NCBI GenBank assembly: GCA_965205865.1
Contig: CBDBHR010000028.1
Span: forward strand, 288,001 to 352,000
Source: a bacterium
GTDB taxonomy: Bacteria; SAR324; NAC60-12
Length of the DNA stretch: 64,000 bases
Direction of reading: 5' to 3'
The position numbers and the translations under genes are program-made. Each line of letters opens with the position of its first letter. Position 1 is the first letter of the stretch. Positions 30,878-40,189 of this stretch are shown here, piece by piece. The notes beneath the pieces are model-generated. The model made no database searches. It saw only the letters and a program-made list of their open reading frames with translations, and was not told the DNA's origin.

Positions 30878-31416
30878 GCACCGGCGTCCATTTGCTCAGG
30901 TCGTGCCCTGTGCCCGGTGCTCGTCAACAAAAACTGAGAGTTACGGAAAGAACACTTTACAATGCTCAATGGGATGCATGGGTCGCTGTTGGAGAGACCT
31001 GGATCCTTTGTTTCACTCCAGTGCAAACGTTTTGCTGAGATGTCGATCCCCAAATCCAGGGAGAAGTACGTCTTGAATCTTGTGCCCGCGAAAGCGGGTA
31101 TCAGATCATCACAAAATATGACGATCTAATGGAGGGCGGAAAAACCTTTATGAGCAAGGACTGATGTAATTTCAACTCTCAAATCCTTTTTTTTAAAAAA
31201 ACCTGTCAAAGAGTGGGGGGAAACTCAATCAAAATATTCAATTGCAGGATTTAGGTTTTATTATTTCTTTTTAGAAATGCTTGACTTACCATTTTAATCC
31301 CTTTATTCTGTCTCTGAAAGAGGTCAGATTTTGTTACATTTGAGCAAGATTTTCACTGCGTTTCGTTAAAATATCGTTAGAGATTGGCAAGAAATTTTTT
31401 AACTTTATGCCCTGCA

Positions 31417-31730
31417 GATAGGACGAAAGAGCAATAAGGCGATCTTTCGATTTCACGTCGGCGGACCGTCAGCAAGAAGGTCTAAAATTAACCTGTTTCA
31501 AGTATAAAAGAATCTTGACAGTAAGGTAGCTATGGAGATAGGACGGAAAAGCAATAAGTATTTCCGAGTTCCCAGTTCCCAGTTCGGCAGTTCCCAGTTC
31601 CCAGTTCCCATAAGAAGTGTCTAAAATTAACCTGTTTCAAGAAAATCATGGACAGTAAGGTCCGCTATGAGAGTAAACTCGGAAGCGAAAACCAGTCCTC
31701 CCAGTTCCCAGTTCCCATTCCCTGTTCCCA
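31417..31730. repeat. Imperfect tandem duplication with CCCAGTT heptamer runs
   Basis: GATAGGACG..AGCAATAAG and GTCTAAAATTAACCTGTTTCAAG each occur twice; heptamer runs at ~31568-31610 and ~31700-31730. Confidence 0.75.
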
Positions 31731-32069
31731 TATTCTTATCAGGTCTATCCTTGTTTCCAGTCTCATCAGGAGAAGCCTATGGTGAAATCACGTAAGCAGA
31801 AAATGAATTTTTATTCCTTCAACCTAAATAACAAGAAAGGAAAAATTTTGGAGATGACCAAAAATAAGAGAAGCCATGGTAGGGGGACGAAATCCCTGTT
31901 TAATTCAATCGTATTTGGAAAGGAAATTATCATGAAAAAGATAAAAATGAAAAAAAGGTTCGGGCTGAACCGCCAAAAAAGTAGAAGCATCGTCGAGAAC
32001 ATGCTTTCGGGAATCAAAGCAGGTTTTAAAGCAATCCTTAATTTTGAACATGCAATCGAAAGGAAAAAG

Positions 32070-33842
32070 ATGAATAATCTAAAATGTAAATCAACCTTCA
32101 GTGCAACCCTGCTGGCCCTCTTCCTGATGGTGGCCGCATTTTGGGTCAGTTCAGCCGTCGCGGCTGAGAAAAAGATGGTCAAAGATCCCACCACTGGTAA
32201 AATGGTGAGTGCACCTGAGTATGGCGGGACACTGACCCATAGGACGGCTTTCAATTATACTGGGAGTCTTGACACTATAAATTATCATGTAGTGGGATTT
32301 ATTCTCAGTGGCGTTTTAGAGAAGCTGACCATCGCGGACTGGGCAATCGATAGAGACGAATATCCTTTTGTGGGCGGCTACCAGTTGCCTCTATACGCCA
32401 TGACGGGGGCGCTGGCTGAAAGCTGGGAAACGCCCGACCCACTGACTTACATCTTCCACATCCGCAAGGGCGTTCACTGGCATAACAAGGCACCTATGTT
32501 CGGTCGGGAGCTGACTGCCAAGGATATCGAATATAACTATCACCGCGTATTGGGTCTGGGCAGCGGCTTCACCGAACCGAGTATAGCCCCAGGTCAGTTC
32601 CAAACCCTGCCATTCGAGTCGATAACAGCCACCGACAATTGGACAGTGGTTTTTAAGATGAAAAAGCCATACCTTTCTGCCCCGATCCATATCCAGGACT
32701 CGAATATTTCGTATATATACCCCCCAGAGGTAATCGAGCAATACGGCGGTATGAATGATTGGAGGAACGTGGTCGGTACAGGCCCCTTTGAGCTGACTGA
32801 CCGTGTCGAGGGTAGCTCCTGGACCTGGACCAAGAATCCTGATTACTGGGGCCACGACGAAAAATACCCGGAGAACCGTCTGCCTTATATCGACGAGCTT
32901 AGGATGCTGATCATACCCGAGGAAGCAGCAGCTGTGGCGGCAATACGCTCCGGTAAGATTGACTTCATGGGCTGGCAGGGCTTCTCCCCAGTAAGAAATA
33001 TCGATTTGAAAGAGAGACTCAAGCAGACAAATCCCGAGCTTGTGATATACCCATGGGCGGAACGGTCGGAAAATAGTTTTGCTCTCAACACGAGTAGGCC
33101 GCCCTTTGACGACGTCAGGGTGCGAAAGGCCATGCAGATGGCACTGGACCTCGAGACAGTGAACGAGACCTTCCTTAAGGGTTTAGGAGACCCAATACCC
33201 AAGGGGACGGTAGGATTGCCAGGGTATTTCATCCCGTATGACGAGTGGCCTCAGCAAGTCAAGGATGGTTTTGCTTATAACCCTGAAGGTGCCAAAGCGT
33301 TGCTTGATGCGGCTGGATTAACTCGCGGCGCGGACGGAATTAGATTCACGGTCACGCTTCACTACAGCGGGGATGTGAGCTATAAAGAATTGGCCCAAGC
33401 ATACTGGAGTGATATTGGCGTCGATGTGAAGTTGAAGATGACTACAGGTACCGAACACCATGCTCTTGTTAGAGAAAGAAGTCATGACATGATTTCTACG
33501 GTATTGGGTATTAAGGCTGATCCATTTTATACTGTAAGTTTCGCTCACTCGGAAGACGTCGATAACAAACCTGCAGTCAATGACCCGGTGTATGACGCCA
33601 TGTACGAGGCAGCCGAGAACGCCACCTCCTTTGAGCAGCTGAAGGAGATGATAAAAGAGATGGATATGTACTCGATAGAGAGGTTCTGGCGAATATGGGG
33701 TCCTGAGGCCCCACTGTTTACTGTGACCCAGCCATGGGTCACAGGGTATGGCGGCGAAGGTGGTATGGGAGGACTGCAAGTGCAAACTATTTTCGCCCGC
33801 CTCTGGATTGATAGTGAGATGAAGAAAGAAATGGGTCATTAG
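32070..33842 (+). CDS. ABC transporter substrate-binding protein, family 5
   Basis: Signal peptide; PEYGGTL, LAESWE, VGTGPF, KNPDYW and PFDDVRVRKAM motifs; start chosen after the AAGGA RBS. Confidence 0.9.
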   Translation: MNNLKCKSTFSATLLALFLMVAAFWVSSAVAAEKKMVKDPTTGKMVSAPEYGGTLTHRTAFNYTGSLDTINYHVVGFILSGVLEKLTIADWAIDRDEYPFVGGYQLPLYAMTGALAESWETPDPLTYIFHIRKGVHWHNKAPMFGRELTAKDIEYNYHRVLGLGSGFTEPSIAPGQFQTLPFESITATDNWTVVFKMKKPYLSAPIHIQDSNISYIYPPEVIEQYGGMNDWRNVVGTGPFELTDRVEGSSWTWTKNPDYWGHDEKYPENRLPYIDELRMLIIPEEAAAVAAIRSGKIDFMGWQGFSPVRNIDLKERLKQTNPELVIYPWAERSENSFALNTSRPPFDDVRVRKAMQMALDLETVNETFLKGLGDPIPKGTVGLPGYFIPYDEWPQQVKDGFAYNPEGAKALLDAAGLTRGADGIRFTVTLHYSGDVSYKELAQAYWSDIGVDVKLKMTTGTEHHALVRERSHDMISTVLGIKADPFYTVSFAHSEDVDNKPAVNDPVYDAMYEAAENATSFEQLKEMIKEMDMYSIERFWRIWGPEAPLFTVTQPWVTGYGGEGGMGGLQVQTIFARLWIDSEMKKEMGH

Positions 33843-33959
33843 GCGTTTCACCCCTTCTGGCTTAGCTCAGGGAAAAAGGGGGTCGGGGGGTCCTTGGCGC
33901 GGGAGCTCAAGCTTCCCAGCTCCCATACTCCTCAACTAATGAGAGGAGCGCTTTCTCAC

Positions 33960-34039
33960 TGTCATTCCGGGCGGAGACCCGGAATCCAGGAAACGCAACC
34001 ATTTGAAATTTCGCTGGATTCCGCCTTTCGGCGGAATGA
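33960..34039. repeat. REP-like palindrome (GTCATTCC family), target of intron C
   Basis: TGTCATTCCGGGCGGAGACCCGGAATCCAG...CTGGATTCCGCCTTTCGGCGGAATGA. Confidence 0.8.
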
Positions 34040-34269
34040 GTGCGCCTGGGAAGGCGCTTAACCAGCACGGTGGAAATCCGTGCCATGGTAAACCACAGCC
34101 ATGTAGACGAAGGTAACTGCGTCGCCATGAGGCGGGGTGGAGAGCAACCGGAGGCGAAATGGTGGTCCGTAGGATAACGAACCCGATTCGGCGGCATGTT
34201 TGCGACGAGCTTGCTCATTCGTGGCGAAGTCTGAAACTCACTGATCCCGTTGCGGTGGTGGATAAAACG
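34040..34269 (+). mobile_element. Group II intron lineage C, 5' fragment only
   Basis: GTGCG 5' end; GCACGGTGGAAATCCGTGC hairpin; EBS1-like TCATTC (34215-34220) complementary to the 5' exon GAATGA; no domain V or VI. Confidence 0.75.
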
Positions 34270-34280
34270 AGGGTCAGGCC

Positions 34281-34972
34281 GTGCGCCAGGAAAGCTGGCA
34301 AGAAATAGAGAGTGAAAGTCTCTTACTCGGTAAGGCAGTAACGACCCGCCGAGTCCCCGAGTCATGAGTGGTTATTCGCAAGGATAGGCGCTAAGCGTTG
34401 ACAGGGGAGAACATAGGCTCGGTATTGAGCTCCGAAATCATAGTTTCAGGTGCTGACCTTGTAGTCTGGTGGGGAAGGCAACATCAACCGAAGGCGTTAG
34501 CGTGAGTCCCGGTCGAGCCTGGCGGAGTCAAAGACCCGGTGCATGTGTGGAAGTTTCTTGATCGGAACCTGGGAGATCCTGAAGACGACTGTCAACATTC
34601 TATTGGTAGTCGGATCGGGAAAATTAATAAATAACCCCGATATCTACGTCTTCAGGAAGTCGGACAAGTTCGTAGTAGCGATGAAGCGGCGAACAATGAG
34701 ATCATTTGTAGAGAGTAATAATGCAAAGGAAATCAACGGAGCCTGTGGAGCAAAGGGACTTGGCTGAGAGGAATTCTGCTTGCCCTCCTGTGTTCGGAAC
34801 TCAGAGGCCGGTAAAATCAGAGAGCGGTTTAAGCAGGGTGCGCCAAACGGCAACGTCTGAGCGTCTGACTCGAAGCAGGAGCCGGATGCGTTAGCAGCGC
34901 ATGTCCGGATCTGTACCGGAGGAATGACGAAAGGTGGCTGGAAACCACTATAAGTCAGTTCTTTACGGTGAC
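34281..34972 (+). mobile_element. RT-deleted group II intron lineage A, copy 1, inside palindrome 34270-35040
   Basis: GTGCG start; domain V GAGCCGGATGCGTTAGCAGCGCATGTCCGGATC; domain VI with bulged A; ends GAC. Confidence 0.9.
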
Positions 34973-35025
34973 TTTGATTAAATGAAAAGGGAGCAAAAAA
35001 ACTAGACTCGTTCCTAATCAAACAA

Positions 35026-35337
35026 TCAAAGGCCTGACCCTGTTTCAAATCCCATCCATTGCCCTCTGCGCGTATTGGATTGCCGATCTTTCCTCACGTC
35101 CTCGGCCATACAAAGAATACGGTTTGCACTTCCCTTGAGGACGTCTTCATAATCTCGTAACATGTATGAAGACGGAATAGGACCAGAATATGAAACCTCC
35201 TTGATAACCCGAACAATATCACTACGAAATTCCTCAGGCAAAGAGTCGACGACTTTTTGTTGTGTCAAACTCAGTTTTTTTTCAGGAAAGTTATTACTCT
35301 GTGGTGTTTTCTCGTGTTTTTTTGAATTGCTCATCAT
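35026..35337 (-). pseudogene. DUF2335-like membrane protein, 3'-truncated at the palindrome
   Basis: SYSGPIP....L..YE.V..GSANRIL.MAE motif; stops after RGQWMGF, where TM helices would start. Confidence 0.7.
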
Positions 35338-35736
35338 ATTTATGGATTGCTGTAAACATGTCTTTTCCTACTTGACCCCAAACATCAGATATATCTTCTT
35401 CCTTGGAAGCCGGGAAATAATTATTTATCTCAATAGCATTAAATCCCTCTACAGCCATTTAAGAATCCGGCCCAGAATGCATCCGGTGTATAACTAGATA
35501 ATTTTGCGCGATCCCATTTTATTTTTTCCATAACATCATCTCCAAGATTATTAATCTCCCTATTATATTATGAATAATTCAAGATCATGATTATACAATA
35601 TTTGTCAACAACGCAAAAGTTATGCCATCACATATTAGTGTAATGAATGCGAGAATAAATGTATTAATATTTAAATCCATTTTCATTAAAAAGCTTGAGG
35701 ATATTTACACTCCACACCCTCAAGCCTATTCATTAA

Positions 35737-36153
35737 TCAATCACACCAGGATTCTCGTTTACCACCATCATATTTTCTAGTATAGTCATTTTCCAATAAA
35801 ATATCGGAGAGGTTCTCACCATCAAGAAAAACATCACAGACCAAGCGAAAATATTTACCACGTTCGCAGTCTTTCAAATCGATCTTTGTTGCTTGAGAAT
35901 GTAATTCTTCGACAAAGTCCCTGACTTGTTTCGCACGTGATTTTTCAATATCACACTTTCCTCGTATTTCAGGAGTATCAATTCCCCTGATGCGGACACT
36001 GATTTTATCTCCAAAAATTGCAAGAATATTTGCAATACTATATGTACAAGTATCTCCATCATAACATCGGTGCCATCGAACGTCGTAAAAATCCGCGGCA
36101 TCAACCATTAATGGAAATGGAAGTGCTAGTAAAAATAAAAGGAACATTCTCAT
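35737..36153 (-). CDS. Secreted thermonuclease (SNase-like), paralog 1
   Basis: Signal peptide; YDGDT, VRIRGIDTPE and RGKYFRLV motifs. Confidence 0.9.
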   Translation of the reverse strand: MRMFLLFLLALPFPLMVDAADFYDVRWHRCYDGDTCTYSIANILAIFGDKISVRIRGIDTPEIRGKCDIEKSRAKQVRDFVEELHSQATKIDLKDCERGKYFRLVCDVFLDGENLSDILLENDYTRKYDGGKRESWCD

Positions 36154-36330
36154 AACACATCTTTGATTGGGGTTGCAATTTCGACGCGCTTCTTCCGAAG
36201 GGCGTCGGGTTATTGCAACATGACCTAATCATAGGCGAAATGTCCCGATTATTTGTCCGAACCAAAGTGGCCAAACTTCAGTTCGAAATTGGACTTTTCT
36301 ATTCATCAGGTAACCCGACAAACTGACTAA
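36154..36330 (-). ncRNA. Candidate structured leader RNA, copy A; its promoter part lies beyond the IS5, at 37257-37338
   Basis: Homologous to 57451-57707, with compensatory base changes. Confidence 0.6.
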
Positions 36331-37256
36331 GAACTTATCCTTTAATAACTTGAAAATTGGTATTTCCTGCATTATTTTTGTCATCATGTTCAACCATAAA
36401 CGCATGGAGGCTATATGGCAAAAGTACAGTCGTGGGAAGTATCTGATTCATTTTGGGCCAGAGTGGAGCCACTGATACCAAAACCCAAACGTGACCCGAA
36501 CAAGACCTACAAGCGCAAACCCGGTGGTGGTAGAAAGCCAATGCCTGCGCGCCAAATTTTCGAGGGAATTGTATATGTTTTGCGCACCGGTTGTCAATGG
36601 AGAGCCCTTCCCAAGGAAAAATATGGGAGTCCTAGTGCCATCCATGCTCATTTCATGCGTTGGAATGAAGCGGGTTTCTTTTTGTCGCTTTGGCAAGCCG
36701 GACTTGCCGAATATGATGAGATGGAAGGGATCTCCTGGAAATGGCAAAGCATAGACGGCACGACTGTCAAAGCCCCACTGGCTCAGGAAACCGTTGGTCG
36801 AAACCCGACTGACAGGGGAAAAAAAAGGGAGCAAGCGTCATTTGCTGGTTGACGGCCGTGGTGTCCCGCTGTCCCTCGTCGTAACCGGGGCGAACCGGCA
36901 TGATGTGACACAGTTGGAATTGGTCTTGGAGGAAATCGTCATTGCGCGGCCTGAGGGCATTGAACAACACCTGTGCGCAGACAAAGGCTACCACGGTGAG
37001 CCAGCATCACAGATCATTCGATCCAATGATTATGTGCCACATGTGAAAAAACGGGGTGAAGAGATTCAAGAAAAAAAAGCAAATCCCCAATACAGACCCA
37101 GAAGATGGGTCGTCGAGGTGAGCCATTCATGGTTCAACAGATTTCGCAAGATAATGGTCCGATTCGAAAAATATAATCAAACTTATCTCGCACTGCTTCA
37201 ATTGGCTGCAGCTATCATAACTTACAGGAAAGTTAATGTTATTTAAGGATAAGTTC
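36331..37256 (+). mobile_element. IS5-family element (IS427-like), 926 bp
   Basis: Terminal IRs GAACTTATCCTTTAATAAC / GTTATTTAAGGATAAGTTC; TAA duplicated on both sides. Confidence 0.92.
36415..37246 (+). CDS. IS5-family transposase in two ORFs joined by a probable -1 frameshift
   Basis: LRTGCQWRALP, IDGT, ADKGY and RWVVE motifs; GGGGAAAAAAAAGGG slippery run near 36815-36829. Confidence 0.88.
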
Positions 37257-37393
37257 TAAGTCATATTGCAATTTTAAACCTATGTTACGGACAGAGAGTG
37301 TCAAGGGATTATCTTCAGCAGGATACTAGAAGATATTCTGTAGGGATTCAGGTCTCTCCTACTGCGACCCATGCATTCCATTGAGCATTGTAA

Positions 37394-37627
37394 AGAGACT
37401 TGGGAATCACAAAAAAATCAGCTTGGCATCTTGCCCATCGACTCCGGAAGACGTGGCAGGAAGATCAAGCGTTGTTCAAAGGGCCAGTTGAAGTGGATGA
37501 ATCCTAAATTTGCGGCAAAGAAAAGAATAAGCATGCTTCCAAGAAATTGAAGAAAGGACGCGGCCCTGTTGGTAAAAGTGCCGTCGCGGGCATCAAAGAC
37601 CGGAGTACCAACAAAGTGACAGCCTAA
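37394..37627 (+). pseudogene. IS1595-family transposase fragment
   Basis: Manual translation RDLGITKKSAWHLAHRLR...GPVEVDES*ICGKEKNKH...GRGPVGKSAVAGIKDR, with an internal stop. Confidence 0.8.
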
Positions 37628-37680
37628 AAAACAGAAAGTTTATTGTTTGAAATTATTTATTTTTTGAAGGAGGATTTGAA

Positions 37681-38082
37681 ATGGATTTAAGGAAAATATG
37701 TCAAAAATTGTATCTCATAATTTTTTTTTCGCTCATATTTATTTATCCGGTTTATTCTAATGAGGGGTTTATCGATTATAAAAATGAAATAACTGAATTT
37801 TCTGTTGTTGTCACTGAAGAATCAGAATTTATTGAATTTCATGTTGAAAATGACAGTTATTTTATCAAACTGCCAATCTCTGAATTGAGAAAGACAGAAC
37901 TCACATTGAGTGAAAATGGAATATCTGATGAGAACTTATCGAAAGTTGTGGAATATATCCTGATACAAACCTTCGACTCGGTTCGTGAGGAGTCATGGGT
38001 GGGAGTCAATGATACCGAACGCTTTCAGTTTCATGTTGGTTATTTCATAGAATATGAAATACAAGGTAGGAAAGGAAATTAG
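37681..38082 (+). CDS. Hypothetical exported acidic protein; frame stays open after the stop up to the palindrome
   Basis: AGGAGG RBS and signal-peptide-like N-terminus. Confidence 0.55.
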   Translation: MDLRKICQKLYLIIFFSLIFIYPVYSNEGFIDYKNEITEFSVVVTEESEFIEFHVENDSYFIKLPISELRKTELTLSENGISDENLSKVVEYILIQTFDSVREESWVGVNDTERFQFHVGYFIEYEIQGRKGN

Positions 38083-38217
38083 AGGATTCAATTCATTGAA
38101 GCTTACACGAATGCGATTCTGATTGAGGATCATTCAATTGATAATTACGGAAATTTTGTTACGACTCCAGAAAAAAAGAGTCGTTATGATGCAAAATTAA
38201 AGAAAGGGAGTCAGGCC

Positions 38218-39823
38218 GTGCGCCAGGAAAGCTGGCAAGAAATAGAGAGTGAAAGTCTCTTACTCGGTAAGGCAGTAACGACCCGCCGAGTCCCCGAGTC
38301 ATGAGTGGTTATTCGCAAGGATAGGCGCTAAGCGTTGACAGGGGAGAACATAGGCTCGGTATTGAGCTCCGAAATCATAGTTTCAGGCGCTGACCTTGTG
38401 GTCTGGTGGGGAAGGCAATATCAACCGAAGGCGTTAGCGTGAGTCCCGGCTGAGCCTGGCGGAGTCAAAGACCCGGTGCATGTGTGGAAGTTTCTTGATC
38501 GGAACCTGGGAGATCCTGAAGACGACTGTCAACATTCTATTGGTAGTCGGATCGGGAAAATTAATAAATAACCCCGATATCTACGTCTTCAGGAAGTCGG
38601 ACGAGTTCGTAGTGCGCACTGGGCAGCGCATGATTCAGGTGGGTTCAAGTTCCACTCAGCCTGAGATCCCAGGCTGATATCCAAAAGCGGGGGTAATGCC
38701 TCGCTGGCCGGAATGTTTACCAGGGCGCCATCCTGGGCGCTTTAAGCACAATGGGAGGTCGAAAGGGCCAAATGCACCGAAGTGAACTTCCGGAGGACAG
38801 GGTGTCCACCGTGAGGTGGAATCTGAAGGGTTTGCGGAGAATCACCGGGTCGTAGTCAAGGAGGCTACTCCAGAGACGAACCGGTCGGCCAACAGCAGGG
38901 AATGGTTGAGCTTGCACTATGATGGCGAAAGCAGTTGGATTCCCCCCTGCAATACCAAGGTGTGTGCGGACGACACGGTGAGGAAGAATCATGAGTGACC
39001 CCAGGAGGACTCAGGGCGTTCTTAGGTGGCACTAGGATAAGGGACCCTATAAGCGAAAGCGAAGTGGAAACCGAAGCGTGTTGAGTAGTCGGACCATCGA
39101 ATAGTACCTGAAGCGTAGTGAGAGCTACGTGACCGAGGGATCGGCAGCAGAGTGAGCTGGGGAAGGCGATGGGCAGAGAAGGTTGGAATGAGAAAGGAAG
39201 TCAGATGAGTAAGGACAGTGAGGTGGAAAGTTCGGTAAGTGAAAGACCCAGAACTCATGGCCCGAGGAGACTGGCTGACTGGATCAATCTAACGGGAGCA
39301 AAGAAGGTTCACTCCTTAGTGGACAAGATTTACAAGAAGCTCTCCCCGAAACAAGATTATATGGGGAGTATCGGTTAGTAAATCTGATCTCACTAATTCC
39401 TTCGATTGGTCCCTTCGGCAAACGGACTTCTCTGTGAAAGCCGGATGCGGGAAAACTGCACGTCCGGTTTGGGCGGCGGACGGTGGCTAGCGGAAACGCG
39501 CCTCCTCCGACCCGACAGCGATGAAGCGGCGAACAATGAGATCATTTGTAGAGAGTAACAACGCAAAGGAAATCAACGGAGCCTGTGGAGCAAAGGGACT
39601 TGGCTGAGAGGAATTCTGCTTGCCTTCCTGTGTTCGGAACTCAGAGGCCGGTAAAATCAGAGAGCGGTTTAAGCAGGGTGCGCCAAACGGCGAATCCGAA
39701 TCAACGTTTGAGCGTCTGACTCGAAGCAGGAGCCGGATGCGTTAGCAGCGCACGTCCGGATCTGTACCGGAGGAATGACGAAAGGTGGCTGGAAACCACT
39801 ATAAGTCAGTTCTTTACGGTGAC
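38218..39823 (+). mobile_element. Group II intron lineage A, copy 2 (outer intron of a twintron), inside palindrome ~38207-39892
   Basis: Near-identical to copy 1 once the ~0.9-kb insert is removed. Confidence 0.9.
38612..39516 (+). mobile_element. RT-deleted group II intron lineage B, nested in copy A2
   Basis: GTGCG start; domain V AAGCCGGATGCGGGAAAACTGCACGTCCGGTTT; ends CCCGAC; RT relic KKVHSLVDKIYKK joined to LPETRLYGEYRLVNLISLIP. Confidence 0.88.
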
Positions 39824-40014
39824 TTTGATTAAATGAAAAGGGAGCAAAAAAACTAGACTCGTTCTTAATCAAATAATCAAAGGCCTGACCCCCTTCCTCA
39901 TAATTCCTCCTTGGAAATAATTTTACCCAAAGGGTTGACAAAGGAGGAAACTTATGAGATAATAGAAATTAGTTAATTATTTACCCGCTCGTCTTTCCCT
40001 TGAGCGTTAAAAGT

Positions 40015-40050
40015 AAACGCTATGAAATCTCCAAATTTCATAGCGTTTTT
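40015..40050 (+). terminator. Intrinsic terminator-like hairpin
   Basis: AAACGCTATGAAAT-CTCCAA-ATTTCATAGCGTTT followed by a T tract. Confidence 0.7.
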
Positions 40051-40189
40051 TATTTGTCCGGTCACTCTACAATAAAATACTGAACAATACGAGTCATTTC
40101 TTTATCCTGTTATTCAGCATCTTGTCCTTGTTCAATCGAAGTTGATGCAATCTTAGAGATAGTCAGGCAATGATTACGACCTCTAGCTA

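Noticed and set aside
31417-31730. CRISPR array
   Set aside because: Only two copies of the conserved block, irregular long spacing, low-complexity filler and no cas genes.
36280-36312. Hammerhead ribozyme (CTGATGA on the minus strand)
   Set aside because: The paralogous copy reads CCGATGA and there is no correctly placed GAAA.
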